In this document: positions 1-12,346 of the stretch, piece by piece
Layout: every line of letters begins with the position of its first letter
How positions within the stretch are numbered: position 1 is the stretch's first letter
Assembly: GCA_951406725.2 (NCBI GenBank)
Contig: OX597829.1
Span: 30,752,001 to 30,816,000, forward strand
Source of the DNA: Octopus vulgaris
Taxonomy: Eukaryota
Direction of reading: 5' to 3'
DNA: 64,000 nucleotides
Notes under the pieces: generated by a model
What the model saw: the letters and a program-made list of their open reading frames with translations, nothing else
Database searches by the model: none
What the model was told of the DNA's origin: nothing
Made by a program: the position numbers and the translations under genes

Positions 1-32
1 ATATATATATATATACACACACACACATAAAT

Positions 33-77
<45 letters not shown>

Positions 78-187
78 CAAGATAAGAAAATGGAGAAATA
101 CATCTAAATCAAATATCACTTCACTAGCAGTATATTGGATATATGTTATCCCATGGAGGGTTGCATTTACAACCCTATCTCAATTTG

Positions 188-220
<33 letters not shown>

Positions 221-586
221 GTACATACATGCACACACCCACACCTATATGTATATATTTAGGCATGACTGAATTGTTATAATCACATTGTAGCTATATG
301 CTTTTGGGTTCAATCCTACTGAATAGTACCTCGTGCAAGTTTCTTCTGTTGTAACCCCACACTGGGTGTATTTTGGTTGATAGAAACTATAATCCTGGTG
401 TTTGTGTTGTGTCTCTCCTTTTTAACAACCAGTATTGGTTTGTTTACATTTCCATAACTTAGTAGTTCAGTGAAAATAATCATTAGATTAAACACTAAAC
501 TTTGTTTGTTTAACAAACCCTTTAAGGTGATGCTCCAGCATGGGCACTGCTCAATAAATGAAACCAGTAAAAGATAAAAATCTGAA

Positions 587-631
<45 letters not shown>

Positions 632-986
632 TAAACGGTTTATTGGAGTTCAGTGTTTGCTCATATCAAAACTACTGATCACCATTATTAGGAAATTGAT
701 ATTGTTGTAAACATTTGATAAAGGCAAACTTTATAAAAATTTTATGTTCTAATATCTAATATTTGAATAAGCAGATCAAAGTGTGCAATGGTTGACATCT
801 ACTAGTCTGTCTGTCTGTCTTTTTTATTTATAAATTAATAATATAACAATATTTCGCTTTTTTTTTTTTATAAACATTGTTTTCATCAAATGTTTACAGC
901 AGTATCAACTTCCATTTAATGATCATTTGCTTTGATAAGAGCAATGTGAATGGCAGAATAAATAGCTGTGAAATCTCCAATTATTC

Positions 987-1030
<44 letters not shown>

Positions 1031-1035
<5 letters not shown>

Positions 1036-1672
1036 TCAATATAGGGTGGCAAAAAAATTTTGTAGAATTCTTTTGCCACCAGCGGCCTAGTAGGAAAAAA
1101 TTAAAATAGTCACAGACCATTTTTAAGTTCAACATCAACAATAAAGGAACGGCCATAATAGGCCATTCACCCACTAGAAATAACAGCCAAAGCTTCAACC
1201 GCAAATAAAAGTTAATTCAGTAAACAGGAGAAAATTTAAAAAAAACATTTACCACCCTATATTTTTTTGCCACCCTATATTGATTAATTATGAATTTTCT
1301 GGTTAATTCCGTAATGGAATCGACGGCTTATATTTATTTGCTGCCGATAAATTTGGCCGAGTGCGACGATTTGAAAATTTTAGGTCAGATATTAACTTGG
1401 CAACGTCGGAAATGCCTCGTGTAAATATCTGTTCCGTCTTGGGCTATTTCTTACTGAAGAATCTGAGGGCCTGTGGAAGATTGGCTTGATTTAATTTAAT
1501 CAGGTTAGTTTACCATTAATCAGCAGATGAAACGGTATATCGTATAAGAAATTACAGGGTAAATGTTTTTTTAAATTTTCTCCTGTTTACTGAATTAACT
1601 TTTATTTGCGGTTGAAGCTTTGGCTGTTATTTCTAGTGGGTGAATGGCCTATTATGGCCGTTCCTTTATTGT

Positions 1673-1676
<4 letters not shown>
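1031..1676 (+). mobile_element. HHR-bearing non-coding retroelement (retrozyme-like or Penelope pseudo-LTR), partly inverted, inserted in (TA)n
   Basis: Bounded by (TA)n on both sides. 1031-1058 is the reverse complement of 1261-1288, and 1134-1253 is the reverse complement of 1558-1676. It carries an intact type I hammerhead and no meaningful ORF. Confidence 0.75.
1446..1552 (+). ncRNA. Type I hammerhead ribozyme (intact core)
   Basis: Helix I ATTTCTTA(1446-53)/TAAGAAAT(1545-52); core CTGAAGA (1454-60); helix II ATCTG/CAGAT with a long G-U-rich extension; GAAA (1529-32); helix III ACG-GTATAT-CGT; GUA cleavage after 1544. Confidence 0.85.
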
Positions 1677-1720
<44 letters not shown>

Positions 1721-1960
1721 TAACTATACTTTATGTATTGATTACACAGTAACATTGTCTTGGTTCAGTTTCACTAAGTAGCATTTTGGGCAGGTGTCTT
1801 TTATTATAGCCTAGAGCCAGCCAAAGCCTTGTGTGTGGATATAGTAATGACACAGTTGCTTTTGTTGTTATCATTGCTCCTGTCATTGAGCTTCTGATGG
1901 CTTTGTAGCTTTGAAGACATGGGAAATAAGAAAAAAATCCTTTATTTGAAAAGGAAAGAA

Positions 1961-2555
1961 GGATCTTTACCTTTGACCTACAGATTTAAAAAATAATTTT
2001 TTTGTAACTAAACACTTTCAAACTTTGGACACTGGTAGAATGTATCATATAAAACATCTTTTACTCTTAGCGTTTTGGATAAAAACTTATATTTAGGAAT
2101 TTATTTCATGTTAAAATTGTCGTATTTCGGTAATTTCAACCAGTCAATGACTTCTATTCAGGTGAATAAAATTATGCTGTTGTTTGTCAACAACAACTAA
2201 CCGTGGTGTATTTTTCACTTGCCACTGTTATTTATGACATCGTTCATGCATTTGTACTGGTTTTAGGGTTAGGGTTGTCATAAATAGCAGTGACAAACGA
2301 AATATACTCTGCTGGAAGTTCTTGTTGACAAACAACAGCAGTAATTTTATTCAGCTGAATACACATCATTGATTGGTTGAAATTACCGAAATACGACAAC
2401 TTTAACGTGAAATAACTTCGTAAATATAAGCTTTTCTCAAAAACGCTGAGAGTAAAAGATGTTTTATATGACACATTCTACCAGTGTCCGAAGTTTGAAA
2501 ATGTTTAGTTACCAAAAATTATTTTTAAAATCTGTCGGTCAAAAGGTAACGATCC
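1961..2555. mobile_element. Foldback non-autonomous DNA transposon (MULE-like)
   Basis: Imperfect ~280-bp inverted arms (1961-2239 / 2276-2555) with GGATC...GATCC ends. Candidate 9-bp TSD AGGAAAGAA/AGGAAAAAA. TTAGGGTTAGGGTT lies in the spacer. Confidence 0.75.
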
Positions 2556-2839
2556 AGGAAAAAAAAACGAACAGGTAAAGGTTAGTGACAGAAAGAACAT
2601 CTGGCTAAATCACTATCTCAGTAATACTTTCATCTAACCCATACTAACATGGAAAAATGAATGTAAAAATAAATGTGTGTGTCTGTTATTTTTACTGGGG
2701 TGGGTGTGAAAGTTATGATGAAGGTTAAAAAGCTAAAACTTCAAAGATGCTGCCAACATTTTCCTTGTAAAATAAAATATGTTACTCTACTGAATGGTAT
2801 TCAGTTTAATGTTTGTTTTTTAATACAACATAAAAACAA

Positions 2840-2908
<69 letters not shown>

Positions 2909-3774
2909 TTGTGTTGGTGCTATTAAGTTAGACATGGCCTGGGCCAATAATGGCCGAAACCTATCAAAGTATCAAAGTATACACATACATGCACACACAC
3001 ACACACACACACATTTATGCATGTACGTTTGTGTTTGTTTATATATATATATATATAACCCACTTCCGGTGAACCTATATAAATAATCACCTCGTGTGCT
3101 TCTCTTTCATTCACCCTTTCTTGACCACACAGCGATGATCATAGCAAGCAAGCTAAGAATTCTCATTTCATTTCTTCCGACTCTTGTACTACACACATAC
3201 ATTTGCTGCTAACCCTTAAATGTTCGAATCTATTCACTAATTCTGCTTGTTCTTAAAATATAACCCTTTAATTTGTTTAACCCCTCGGTACCAAGTTAAT
3301 TCGTTCATTACTCTGTTCATTTCTTCAAACCCCGATTGCTTAAGTCTTTATCACTACTGTCCCCAATCAAAATCTCCGCAGCCCGCCATTCGCGGTTCGC
3401 CCACCCTCCCACCCCCACCACCCATACCAGAGAACACTCTGTTTACACCATCCCCTCTACCACCGCCACCACTACGTGTGTCTGTTCCTCCTACCCCTCC
3501 TCCTCAATATACTTTCTCACTATGTATTTACCCCTGCCTCTCTCCCCCTGGACAGAAGCAGCTAGCGCCGCAGCTCATGAAACGTCCCATTTAACCTGTT
3601 ATCTTATGTTCCTCCTGTTCTGAAATGTGTCACTGCCTCAACCGGCTATCTCCTTCCAGCCCCCTCCCCACTGGTGCTCCCCTATATTACATGCACCCCC
3701 CTACTCTCTCTCCCTCTCTTCTCTCTGCCGGAACCCTCCCCCCCTGCCGCAATGCAACGAAAAAAAGGCAATAA

Positions 3775-4005
3775 CCGATCGTGGCCGATGCCAGACCCCT
3801 CTGGCACCTGTGCAGGTGGCACGTAAAAAGCACCCACTACACTCGCGGAGTGGTTGGCGTTAGGAAGGGCATCCAGCTGTAGAAACACTGCCAGATCAAA
3901 CTGGAGCCTGGGGCAGCCCCTGGCTCCCCAGACCCCGGTCAAACCGTCCAACCCGTGCTAGCACGGAAAACGGACGTTAAACGATGATGATGATGATGAT
4001 GATGA
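3775..4005 (+). mobile_element. RTE-LINE 3' tail (5'-truncated) ending in (GAT)n
   Basis: Same sequence as the 3' end of the LINE at 17880-18110 (AAAAGCACCCACTACACTC...GGAAGGGCATCCAGC...GACGTTAAACGATGATG). Confidence 0.75.
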
Positions 4006-4021
4006 TATATATGTTTATGTG

Positions 4022-4052
<31 letters not shown>

Positions 4053-4089
4053 TTGTTTGTGTGTGTGTGTATATATATATATATGTTTA

Positions 4090-4128
<39 letters not shown>

Positions 4129-4703
4129 GTTTATGTGTATGTATGTGTGTGTATATATATATATTTGTGTGTGTTTGTATATATATATATATATATATAT
4201 CATCATCATCATCATCATTTAATATCTGCTTTCTATGCTGGCATGGGTTGGACCACAGCATATATCATATATTGCAGGCTTCTACACAGTTTAATTTTGC
4301 ATCTACCAGATTTTTACCTTCAAAATATTGGCCGACTTGGAGTTACAGTAGAAGACACTTTTTCAAATCTGGCTTTTAGTGAAATGAAACCCAGAATCAC
4401 ATGGCCATGCAATGCGAAGTAAAGCAAATTTCTTGATATCATCAACATCATCCTCATTACTCTCATAATTTTGTAAATGGCCACTTTCTATGCTGGAATG
4501 TATTGGACTGGGATCATCCCAGACCAAGTCAGTTCCATTTGAAGGTATTGTCTTCTTAGATGGATTAGAAGACTCGAACATTACTTTTAGTGCCCCATTG
4601 ATTTAAGGTGCAATATAATTGAATAATTCTTTGTTGAAGGATATCTTATAAATTCTTCAGTTAATACTGCAGATAATGTTTTTTATATTGTTAATATTAT
4701 CAA

Positions 4704-5172
4704 GATGGTGAGCTGGCAGAATTGTCAGTACACTGTACAAAAATGCTTTGCAGCAGTTTTATCTGTCTTTACGTTCTGATTTCAAATTCCACCGAAGTTG
4801 ACTTTGCTTTTCATCCTTTTTGGGGTATTATAAAATAAGTAACAGTCAAATACTGGGGTTAGTGAAATTGACGAGCTCCCCCCACCCAAATTTTAGACTT
4901 TGTGCCTATTGTAGAAAGGATTATTATCATCATCATCATCATCATCATTATTATTATTAAGATGGCGAGTTGGCAGAATCATTAGCACACTGGAAAAATG
5001 CTTAGTGGCATTTTGTCTGTCTTTACGTTCTGAGTTAAAATCCCCCCAAGGTCAACTTTGCTTTTCATCCTTTTGGGATTGATAAATTAAGTACCAGTGA
5101 AACACTGGGGTTGATGTTATCGACTGGTCTCCTCCCACAAAATTTCAGGTCCCATGTCTTTTAGTTGAAAGG

Positions 5173-5229
<57 letters not shown>

Positions 5230-5445
5230 TAAGATGGCAAGCTGGCAGAATCATTAACATGCTAGGCAAAAAATACTTAGCGGTATTTCGTCTGTCTTCG
5301 TGCTCTGAGTTCAGATACCACCGAAGTTGACTTTGCCTTTCATCCTTCCAGGGTTGATAAAATAAATACCAGTTACACACTGGGATCGATAAAATCAACT
5401 AGCCCCACCCCTAATATTTCAGGCCTTGTGCCTTCAAGAGAAAGG

Positions 5446-5477
<32 letters not shown>

Positions 5478-5483
5478 CATTAT
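4704..5483 (+). mobile_element. Three tandem tRNA-derived SINEs with Meta-like core, separated by (ATT)n/(ATC)n
   Basis: Copies start at ~4704, ~4961 and ~5233 with GATGGYRAGYTGGCAGAAT. Each has a B-box-like GTTCAAAT segment and a core GCYTTTCATCCTTT-GGGGTYGATAAA-TAAGTACCAG. Confidence 0.8.
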
Positions 5484-6000
5484 TTGTGGAATTTCTGTTA
5501 ACGTAAGCGTGCTCTTTCATTGAATTTTCTGCTTGAGTGAGATTTACTACTATTTAGATTCAACTATAAAAGTTTGGGAGTTTCCAAAGTTTATGATAGA
5601 TTGTATGATGCTTTTTAATTTACATTCTTTGAAGATTTTCCTAAATTTGCCCTGATATTTCAAGAGATTATCAACCAAATATGGTGATGGGTGGAGTTAT
5701 GCATGAAAAAAAAGATACAGATGATGATGATAAGGAATCAGAGTTTACCTTCAAGGTAAGATGTCCGAGAAGATGTATAGAAGAGTGTTGTGGCAGAAGA
5801 CTCAGGTAGAATAGATAAAGGTTGCAATAGTGGTGGAGGAGAGTAAGTGAGGAATAGAAATGGGTGGTGGCAGTTAAAGGTAAGTAGTGGATGAAGGTAG
5901 TCAGTGGTAAATAATAGGGTCTGATGGGAGCAGGGTTTGATAGTAAGAATGAATGAAGGATATCAGTAGGAAGTATGTGTGTTTTATATATGTCTGTATG

Positions 6001-6032
<32 letters not shown>

Positions 6033-6127
6033 TGTATGTATATGTATGTATATATATATATGTATGTATGTATGTATATAACCAAGAAAAAAGCAACAAG
6101 AATATGTATATATATATATATACACGT

Positions 6128-6343
6128 GTGAGGGGTGTTGAAAAGTTCCTGGCTTTAAGGATATCACGAAAGGCCTGGCTGGAAGCCCAACCTTCCAAGT
6201 CCTTTTACAGGACTTAGAAAAACTGAAGGACTGCTGCAATATGTATGTGAATCTGAGAGGAGAATATGTTGAAAAATATTATTAACTGATCTGCCTGCCT
6301 TTTCTTTTACCTAAAAGCCAGGAACTTTTCAGTACCCTCTCAT
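6128..6343 (+). mobile_element. Mariner-derived MITE
   Basis: TIRs GAGGGGTGTTGAAAAGTTCCTGGCTTT / AAAGCCAGGAACTTTTCAGTACCCTCTC. The interior keeps a transposase C-terminus-like stretch (..EKLKD....VNLRGEYVE). Flanks are TA-rich. Confidence 0.75.
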
Positions 6344-8029
6344 GTATATATATATGTATATGATCCAGGGTGTTCAAGAACTTGGCTCAACACTTATTTT
6401 TTTTTTTTAACACAGAAGGAATCTCAGTATTTTAAGACTTCCTAATATAGATTATAAGATTAATATCAGTCATGCTAATGTGGCAGATTATTTGCTAAAC
6501 TCTCTATCAAATACGTATATATATGTATGTTTATTTTAGTGTGTGTATACATATGTTTATTTAGGTAGATTTTTTTCGATATGCTGATATGATGAGGCAA
6601 ACTTGATAATATCTCAAGATGGAAATATTATTAAGGAATGTAGCAAAAACTCTCCTAAATAAATACAAATTCTCAGCTCTTTAACACTTTGAATCCTTTA
6701 TTTTAATAGTGGGTAACTAGTTCAGGAAATAAAACTTTAAAATACAAATGTGTGTGTGATGTATTCCTTTCCTTGGTGAGGAATTGACTTGCGTGATAAG
6801 TTCTGTGTTTTTGTGACAGAATTACTTGTCTTACTTTGGGAATTTTATACATCTTTTCTTCTCTCTCTCTTTTCCCATACACATAATATATATATAATAA
6901 TAATTATTATTATTATTATTATGTTAAAATAGTTTGATTTGGGCTCCATGTAACTTAAAGTTTTGTAGGCTCATTATAGGAACCTAACACATAGGGATAT
7001 ATATATAATAAAAGGAATGGTTTACACCTAGTAGCTTACTGGTAAAGCATGGTCACTTTCAGAGTGATCATTAGGTATATAACAAATGAAAAACAGAAGA
7101 GGGAATATACGAGAATTTATTAATAATCATGATAATTATTTCAAAACATATAGCATCGATTCCTCATGGGTGAGATACTCAACAACTAGTTCAGGAGCAT
7201 CTGACGGTACAGATGGGCTGGGGTTGATTATGTGAAGCTGGTGAAGGAAACAGCCATAAATTCATGTTATTTGTCAGGTCTTCGCAGTCACAACATATCT
7301 CCAGAGGTAGCAGTGTACGTACACCTTGTAAGTAAACACATATACACACACACACACACACTTATATATATCAGCCTGGCATGATCTTTTTCTCTTGGCT
7401 CAACTGCTGACCACAAAGCATCTCTGATATTTTTGTCTCTTGACTTCTATCTCTGTTTCTGCCCAAGGCTTTCACTATACATGCTAGCTCAACTTGATTT
7501 GTCCTTATTAGTCGAAAGACACCTGTTATTGTTTTGTTGTTTGTAATTGTAATTGTGTAACATGTCCTCTGTTTTTTGTCTTTGTTGTCATACACATTCA
7601 CTTGCTTTCTCCCCCAAAATTTAATGCTCTTAGCTTAGATTTGAACAGTCTCAAGTGAAACTGCCCAAAACTGTAAGGATAATTTGAGACTTGACTGATG
7701 AGAGGAGGATGTGAATGACCTGTCCTTGTTTTTTCCAGTCCATCTTCACATCGCCCATCTGTTTAGTTGTTTTATTTTCATCTATTGCGTTCTTGTTCCA
7801 TTTTATATATATATATACACACACACACACGTGTATGTATATGCTGAAAAGATAAGTACTTTCAAATAGTCTCACATCATACTACAAATAGTTTATAACC
7901 CAATAAAAAGTATCTTTGCAATCGATCAATCATCATAGAGTTAATGATCAAGCGTTAATGTAGATATGTACTGTGTGTGTATAAGCTCCTTCTGATGGCT
8001 CATGGAAAATAAGGACTTTAGTGAACTGC

Positions 8030-8400
8030 ATGCTTTTTGAATTTCATAAGGGTAAAAATGCAACATGTGTGGGGGAAACATAGGAACTATATATTCGGAT
8101 GGTGTGTGTGGTCAGAAATATCAAAGGTGGTTTAACAAATTAAAAGATGGAAATGTCCATCTTTTGGATGAGTATTGATCAGCAAGACCAACTGTTCTCA
8201 GTAATGAAGCAGTGAAAACAGCCATTGAAGAGGATCTGCATCAAAGCATTGGGGACTTATCCCATTGGCCTATTAAACTTTGGTCCACTGTACAAGATTA
8301 ATCTCAAGTAGATTGAGAAATTCTATAGAGAAGGAAAGTAGGTACATCATGAACTCTCCTCTGAGAATAATGCAGTGCATTCAACAAGTTACCAATTTCA
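8030..8400 (+). pseudogene. Mariner transposase N-terminal remnant
   Basis: Degenerate translation MLFEFHKGKNA...QRWFNKLKDGN..LLDE...RPT....AVKTAIEED...V.HELS matches the mariner HTH and WVPHEL region. Confidence 0.6.
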
Positions 8401-8559
8401 TGCTGATCTGAACTCATTACATGAAATGCAATATTGCATTTTCATACCTCCCAATATATATAATTATATAAGCAGGAAACAATCCAAATAGACTTTGTAT
8501 TCATCAGAAAATAAAATAAACAGATGGTTTATGAATAATAAATCTCTGAAGAATGTATC

Positions 8560-9170
8560 CTCTGACATAGACTAATGGTTAAAGACTTCTGGGTCCATCT
8601 ATCTGGAGATGTTGAAAGAGCTAACAGCCATATGTGATTTCAGAGAAGTTCTAATTAGCTTATGATAAGAAAACAGAGGGGGGATAGAAAATTATAACAG
8701 AGGAATGCTGGAAGGTTCTATGGGACAACTTACTCAGAACAATATATCAAATTTGTGACTGTGCAAAGTGGCAAAAAAAGAGAGTGATATGAGGGTGGAA
8801 TAAATTTGTAGACAGAGCCAGGAATAGTAAACAAATCTGGAAAGACTGGAAGAAATGAAATAGCAAAAAGAAATAACAAGTAGAGAAACTAGACATCAGG
8901 TGTACTTAGCTAGAGAAGAAGGCAAAAGCAAGAAGCTTGCCATTGTTTGTAATGTAAAAGGACTAGAAGTATGAGGCATTCTGGACCGCAAGGTAGTGTG
9001 TGAGAAAAAAATTGAGACATCATTGAAGAAAAGTGTTCTTTCAAAGACTGATAACAAAAAGGAATAGAAATATTTTTATGCCAGTTATTAGATAAGGAGA
9101 ATATATGGGAGAAAGAGGAGGTGGGGCGATACACTGTAAACCCAACAAAGGGACCAGTCATGCAGTATAG
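8560..9170 (+). mobile_element. Old RTE-LINE fragment
   Basis: 8880-9040 resembles the 15740-15900 linker region of the large RTE copy; heavily decayed. Confidence 0.45.
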
Positions 9171-9379
9171 TAGTTTAAAATGAGTTCATCATGAGAAATA
9201 TTTACCTACTCCTTTTCTAGATATTGAGCATGGACATTTCCAGGATGTCTTCTCTCCTACTTGCTAAATTTATTTAGAAGGCTCTCAATTCTCAGTTTTG
9301 TGTCTATACCTGAATTGTTTTTCCAATTCTACAGATTTAGCTATAAGAACTAGGTTGTCAACATATAAGAATTCCCATG

Positions 9380-9612
9380 GGCAACTGGTTATAAAGACTT
9401 CTATTATGGCTTAGAGAATTATAATGAACAGCAGAGGGATGAGGATTGAGCCCAGATGAACCCCTACATGAATGCTAGGTTCATTGCTGAATTCACTGAC
9501 TTTCACATTGTTGATTGCACCACTGTACATGGTTTGTACAGCTCTCACTAACACTTTTGCTCCTAGCTCTGCAGATGACAGTGTAAGACGCTATCAAATC
9601 CTTCTCTGGATT
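9380..9612 (-). mobile_element. RTE RT fragment
   Basis: The minus strand has an EK.FDSV motif and resembles 16460-16690. Confidence 0.45.
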
Positions 9613-9639
9613 TATTAAAAATTAATAATATACATATTT

Positions 9640-9651
9640 GTGTGTGTGTGT

Positions 9652-9713
<62 letters not shown>

Positions 9714-9910
9714 ATAATATATATCTATATATATATATGCATATATATATATATATATAGAGAGAGAGATATGCATATAGATATACACACATATATATAT
9801 ATATACATATATATATAGATATATGCATATAGATATACACACATATATATATGCATATAGATATACACACACACATATATATATGCATATATCTATATAT
9901 ACACACACAC
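9640..9910. repeat. Compound microsatellite (TG/TC/TA); many similar tracts throughout the window
   Basis: Direct inspection. Other large tracts at 4005-4218, 22640-22730, 31555-31655, 43430-43512, 44310-44400, 57968-58031, 61720-62010 and 63250-63435. Confidence 0.95.
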
Positions 9911-9920
9911 GCATAGTAAA

Positions 9921-10240
9921 GGCACATGGTTCAGTGGTTAGAGTGTCAAGCTTACAATTGTGAGGTTGTGAGTTCGAATCTTGGACCAGGCTGCATGTTG
10001 TGTTCTTGAGCAAGACACTTTATTTCACTTTGCTCCAGTTCACTCAGCTGTAGAAATGATTTGTGACATCACAGGTGCCAAGCTATATCAGCCACTTTGC
10101 CTTTCCCTTGGATAACACTGGTGGCGTGGAGAGGGGAGGCTGGTATGCATGGGCGAATTCTGGTCTTGCCCGGACTTGTGCCTGGGAGGGTAACTTTCTA
10201 GGTGCAATCCCATGGTCAGTCATGACCAAAGGGGGTTTCA

Positions 10241-10242
<2 letters not shown>
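9921..10242 (+). mobile_element. tRNA-derived SINE with V-domain-like core
   Basis: A box TGGTTCAGTGG, B box GTTCGAATC, core GTGTTCTTGAGCAAGACACTT. Related copies at ~36956-37240 (+), ~46130-46290 (-) and ~60130-60235 (-). Confidence 0.7.
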
Positions 10243-10288
<46 letters not shown>

Positions 10289-10639
10289 GCATATATATAT
10301 TAAAATAGAAAATGAAAATGAAAAAGTGAAACATTTGGAATCACTCGATAAACATTTAACTTAAATAAAAGGATAAACATAGTGCAGAATAATTATAATA
10401 AAACAATAAAGTCTCCTACAGCTGTGTCTAGTATAACCAAACATGCGGATCATGGTATTGAGTAAGAATTCTACATAAGCTAGATATTCCATCACTGGAG
10501 AGTGAGAGAAATAAGATATAGAAATAAAGAATATCCCCAATCAAGGATATTTTCAGCTTGTCGAGAAATGAAGGAAAGATCAGAATGAAAAGTATATGTG
10601 TTTGGTATATCAAATGTATATACTTTTCAGGGCATGCTG

Positions 10640-12240
10640 GTTTCATTTTCTTTGTAGCCTTTGCAAGTTTTTTTTGCATTGTAAAGTCCATGTCTCATTA
10701 CATTGCGTCATAGCATTTCTAATGCAATAGCTAGCATATCCTTCACTATCTGGGAAAAGCTCTCTGTTGCCAGCAGAGGCAATTGCACCCTGAAATTTTT
10801 TCCAGCTTGTTCTTGCCTCAGAGCTATGTTTTCTGAACAACCATCTCCACAGCTAATTATATCACCTAGATAACAGAAGCCATCTCCTACTTCTAGAGAG
10901 CCAGCTGACCATTTAAGAGACTCTATTTCTGATGTACTCTCAATACTGATTTCCCCAGTGCATCTGCCACGTATTAAGCTTCTGTTAGTCTGCCTGTAAT
11001 TCCACTACATCTCTTGTGCATCCATCGCTTACACTGTGTACAGCAGTACAACATATGCAATCCCTACCAACTCCCTTACTGTACATTGAACAAAGCCATT
11101 TCCCTGGCAGTATGAAGGTCCTGTCTTCTTTTCTACTTACTAAGACTTTAGTCTTAGCTAAGATGTCTCTCAAGTGTATGTTTTTGTTTCCATATCTGGA
11201 ATTCCTTCTTTAATTCTCTCATAAAATCTGCTATAAGCGGTAGATCATCAGCATATTGTGGTTCCTGCAGATAGCGGGTCTTTAACTCCTCTTCAGTGGC
11301 CTGAAGGTTTGTGCTGAACAGGAGTGGGCTGAAGACTTAACTTTGCTGAATCTCAACCTTGAAGCTAAATTCATCTCCAAACTCATTACTGATTGCACCT
11401 GTGTATATAGTTTGTACAATTCTTACAAGCCATTCATCCACACCTAGTTTCTTCGGTGATCACCAGATTATTGAGCATAACAACCTGTCAATGAATGACC
11501 CTCTTTCATCAATAAATATAGCAGTTTATTCTTAGCTAAGAATTTCTTTTGCAGATGCCTTGCTTGGTAAATGGCATCTGTGGGGCCTTTTCCTAGCATA
11601 AAGCCAAACTGCATTTCATCTCAGTCATAGAACATTTGATCAGAAACAGAATTAGTTATTTCTGTCAACTTCAAAACCTGGTCCAACAATCTGATGCCTT
11701 TGTAATTTCCTCTCTTTAAAGCATCTCCTTTCCCCCTTGCAGCAGTTTGCGATGGTACGGCTACACCATTGATTGGATAGGACACCTTCTTGTATTTGAG
11801 AGACTAGCATATATTCTACCGCACCAGATATTTTAAGTATCTCCATAACTATTCCTGATGGACCAGCAGTTTCCGCTACCCTCATATCTTTAATTGCTCT
11901 ATCTACTATACAGCTGTCAGTTGGAATTGTCGGGCCTTCTGCTGGATCCACATGAAGTAGATCCTCTTTATCCCTTGCATTCTTTTTTATTCAACATCTA
12001 ATAGCAGCTCTTCTATGTTTCTGTCTTATCATCAGCACTTGGTACAAATGTGCTTCTATTATTCCGGATAATACTCCTCCCCAATGATGTTTTAGGTTTC
12101 TGTGGCACACATTCTTGCAGTCTGGAACACCTCATACCTCTGATTCTCATGCTGCAGAACATTTGCAAATCTTTACTGCTTCTCTCCAAGCTAAATGTCT
12201 GCTGCCAAGGTTCTCATCTAGACATATGCAGCCACAAAAT
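10640..12240 (-). mobile_element. Degenerate RTE-LINE fragment (RT region)
   Basis: YADD on the minus strand at 11244-11255. AGPSGIV.EILK and KTKVLVSRK...GKW.CS motifs are colinear with the 15.9-17.3 kb copy. Confidence 0.85.
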
Positions 12241-12311
12241 ATTGCTTCACACTTTCCTTATTGTGTCTTTTATAAATATGTGTGTGTAATATCTACCTAT
12301 ATATAATTACA

Positions 12312-12346
<35 letters not shown>

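Noticed and set aside
4363-4581. 72-aa minus-strand ORF in non-repetitive sequence
   Set aside because: No recognisable domain or convincing splice boundaries.
7630-7740. CTGATGA at ~7695 with an upstream GAAA and a GTCTCAAG/TTTGAGAC stem
   Set aside because: The helices cannot be arranged into any hammerhead topology.
9921-9995. tRNA gene
   Set aside because: The A/B boxes belong to a SINE head that continues into SINE core sequence; there is no full cloverleaf.
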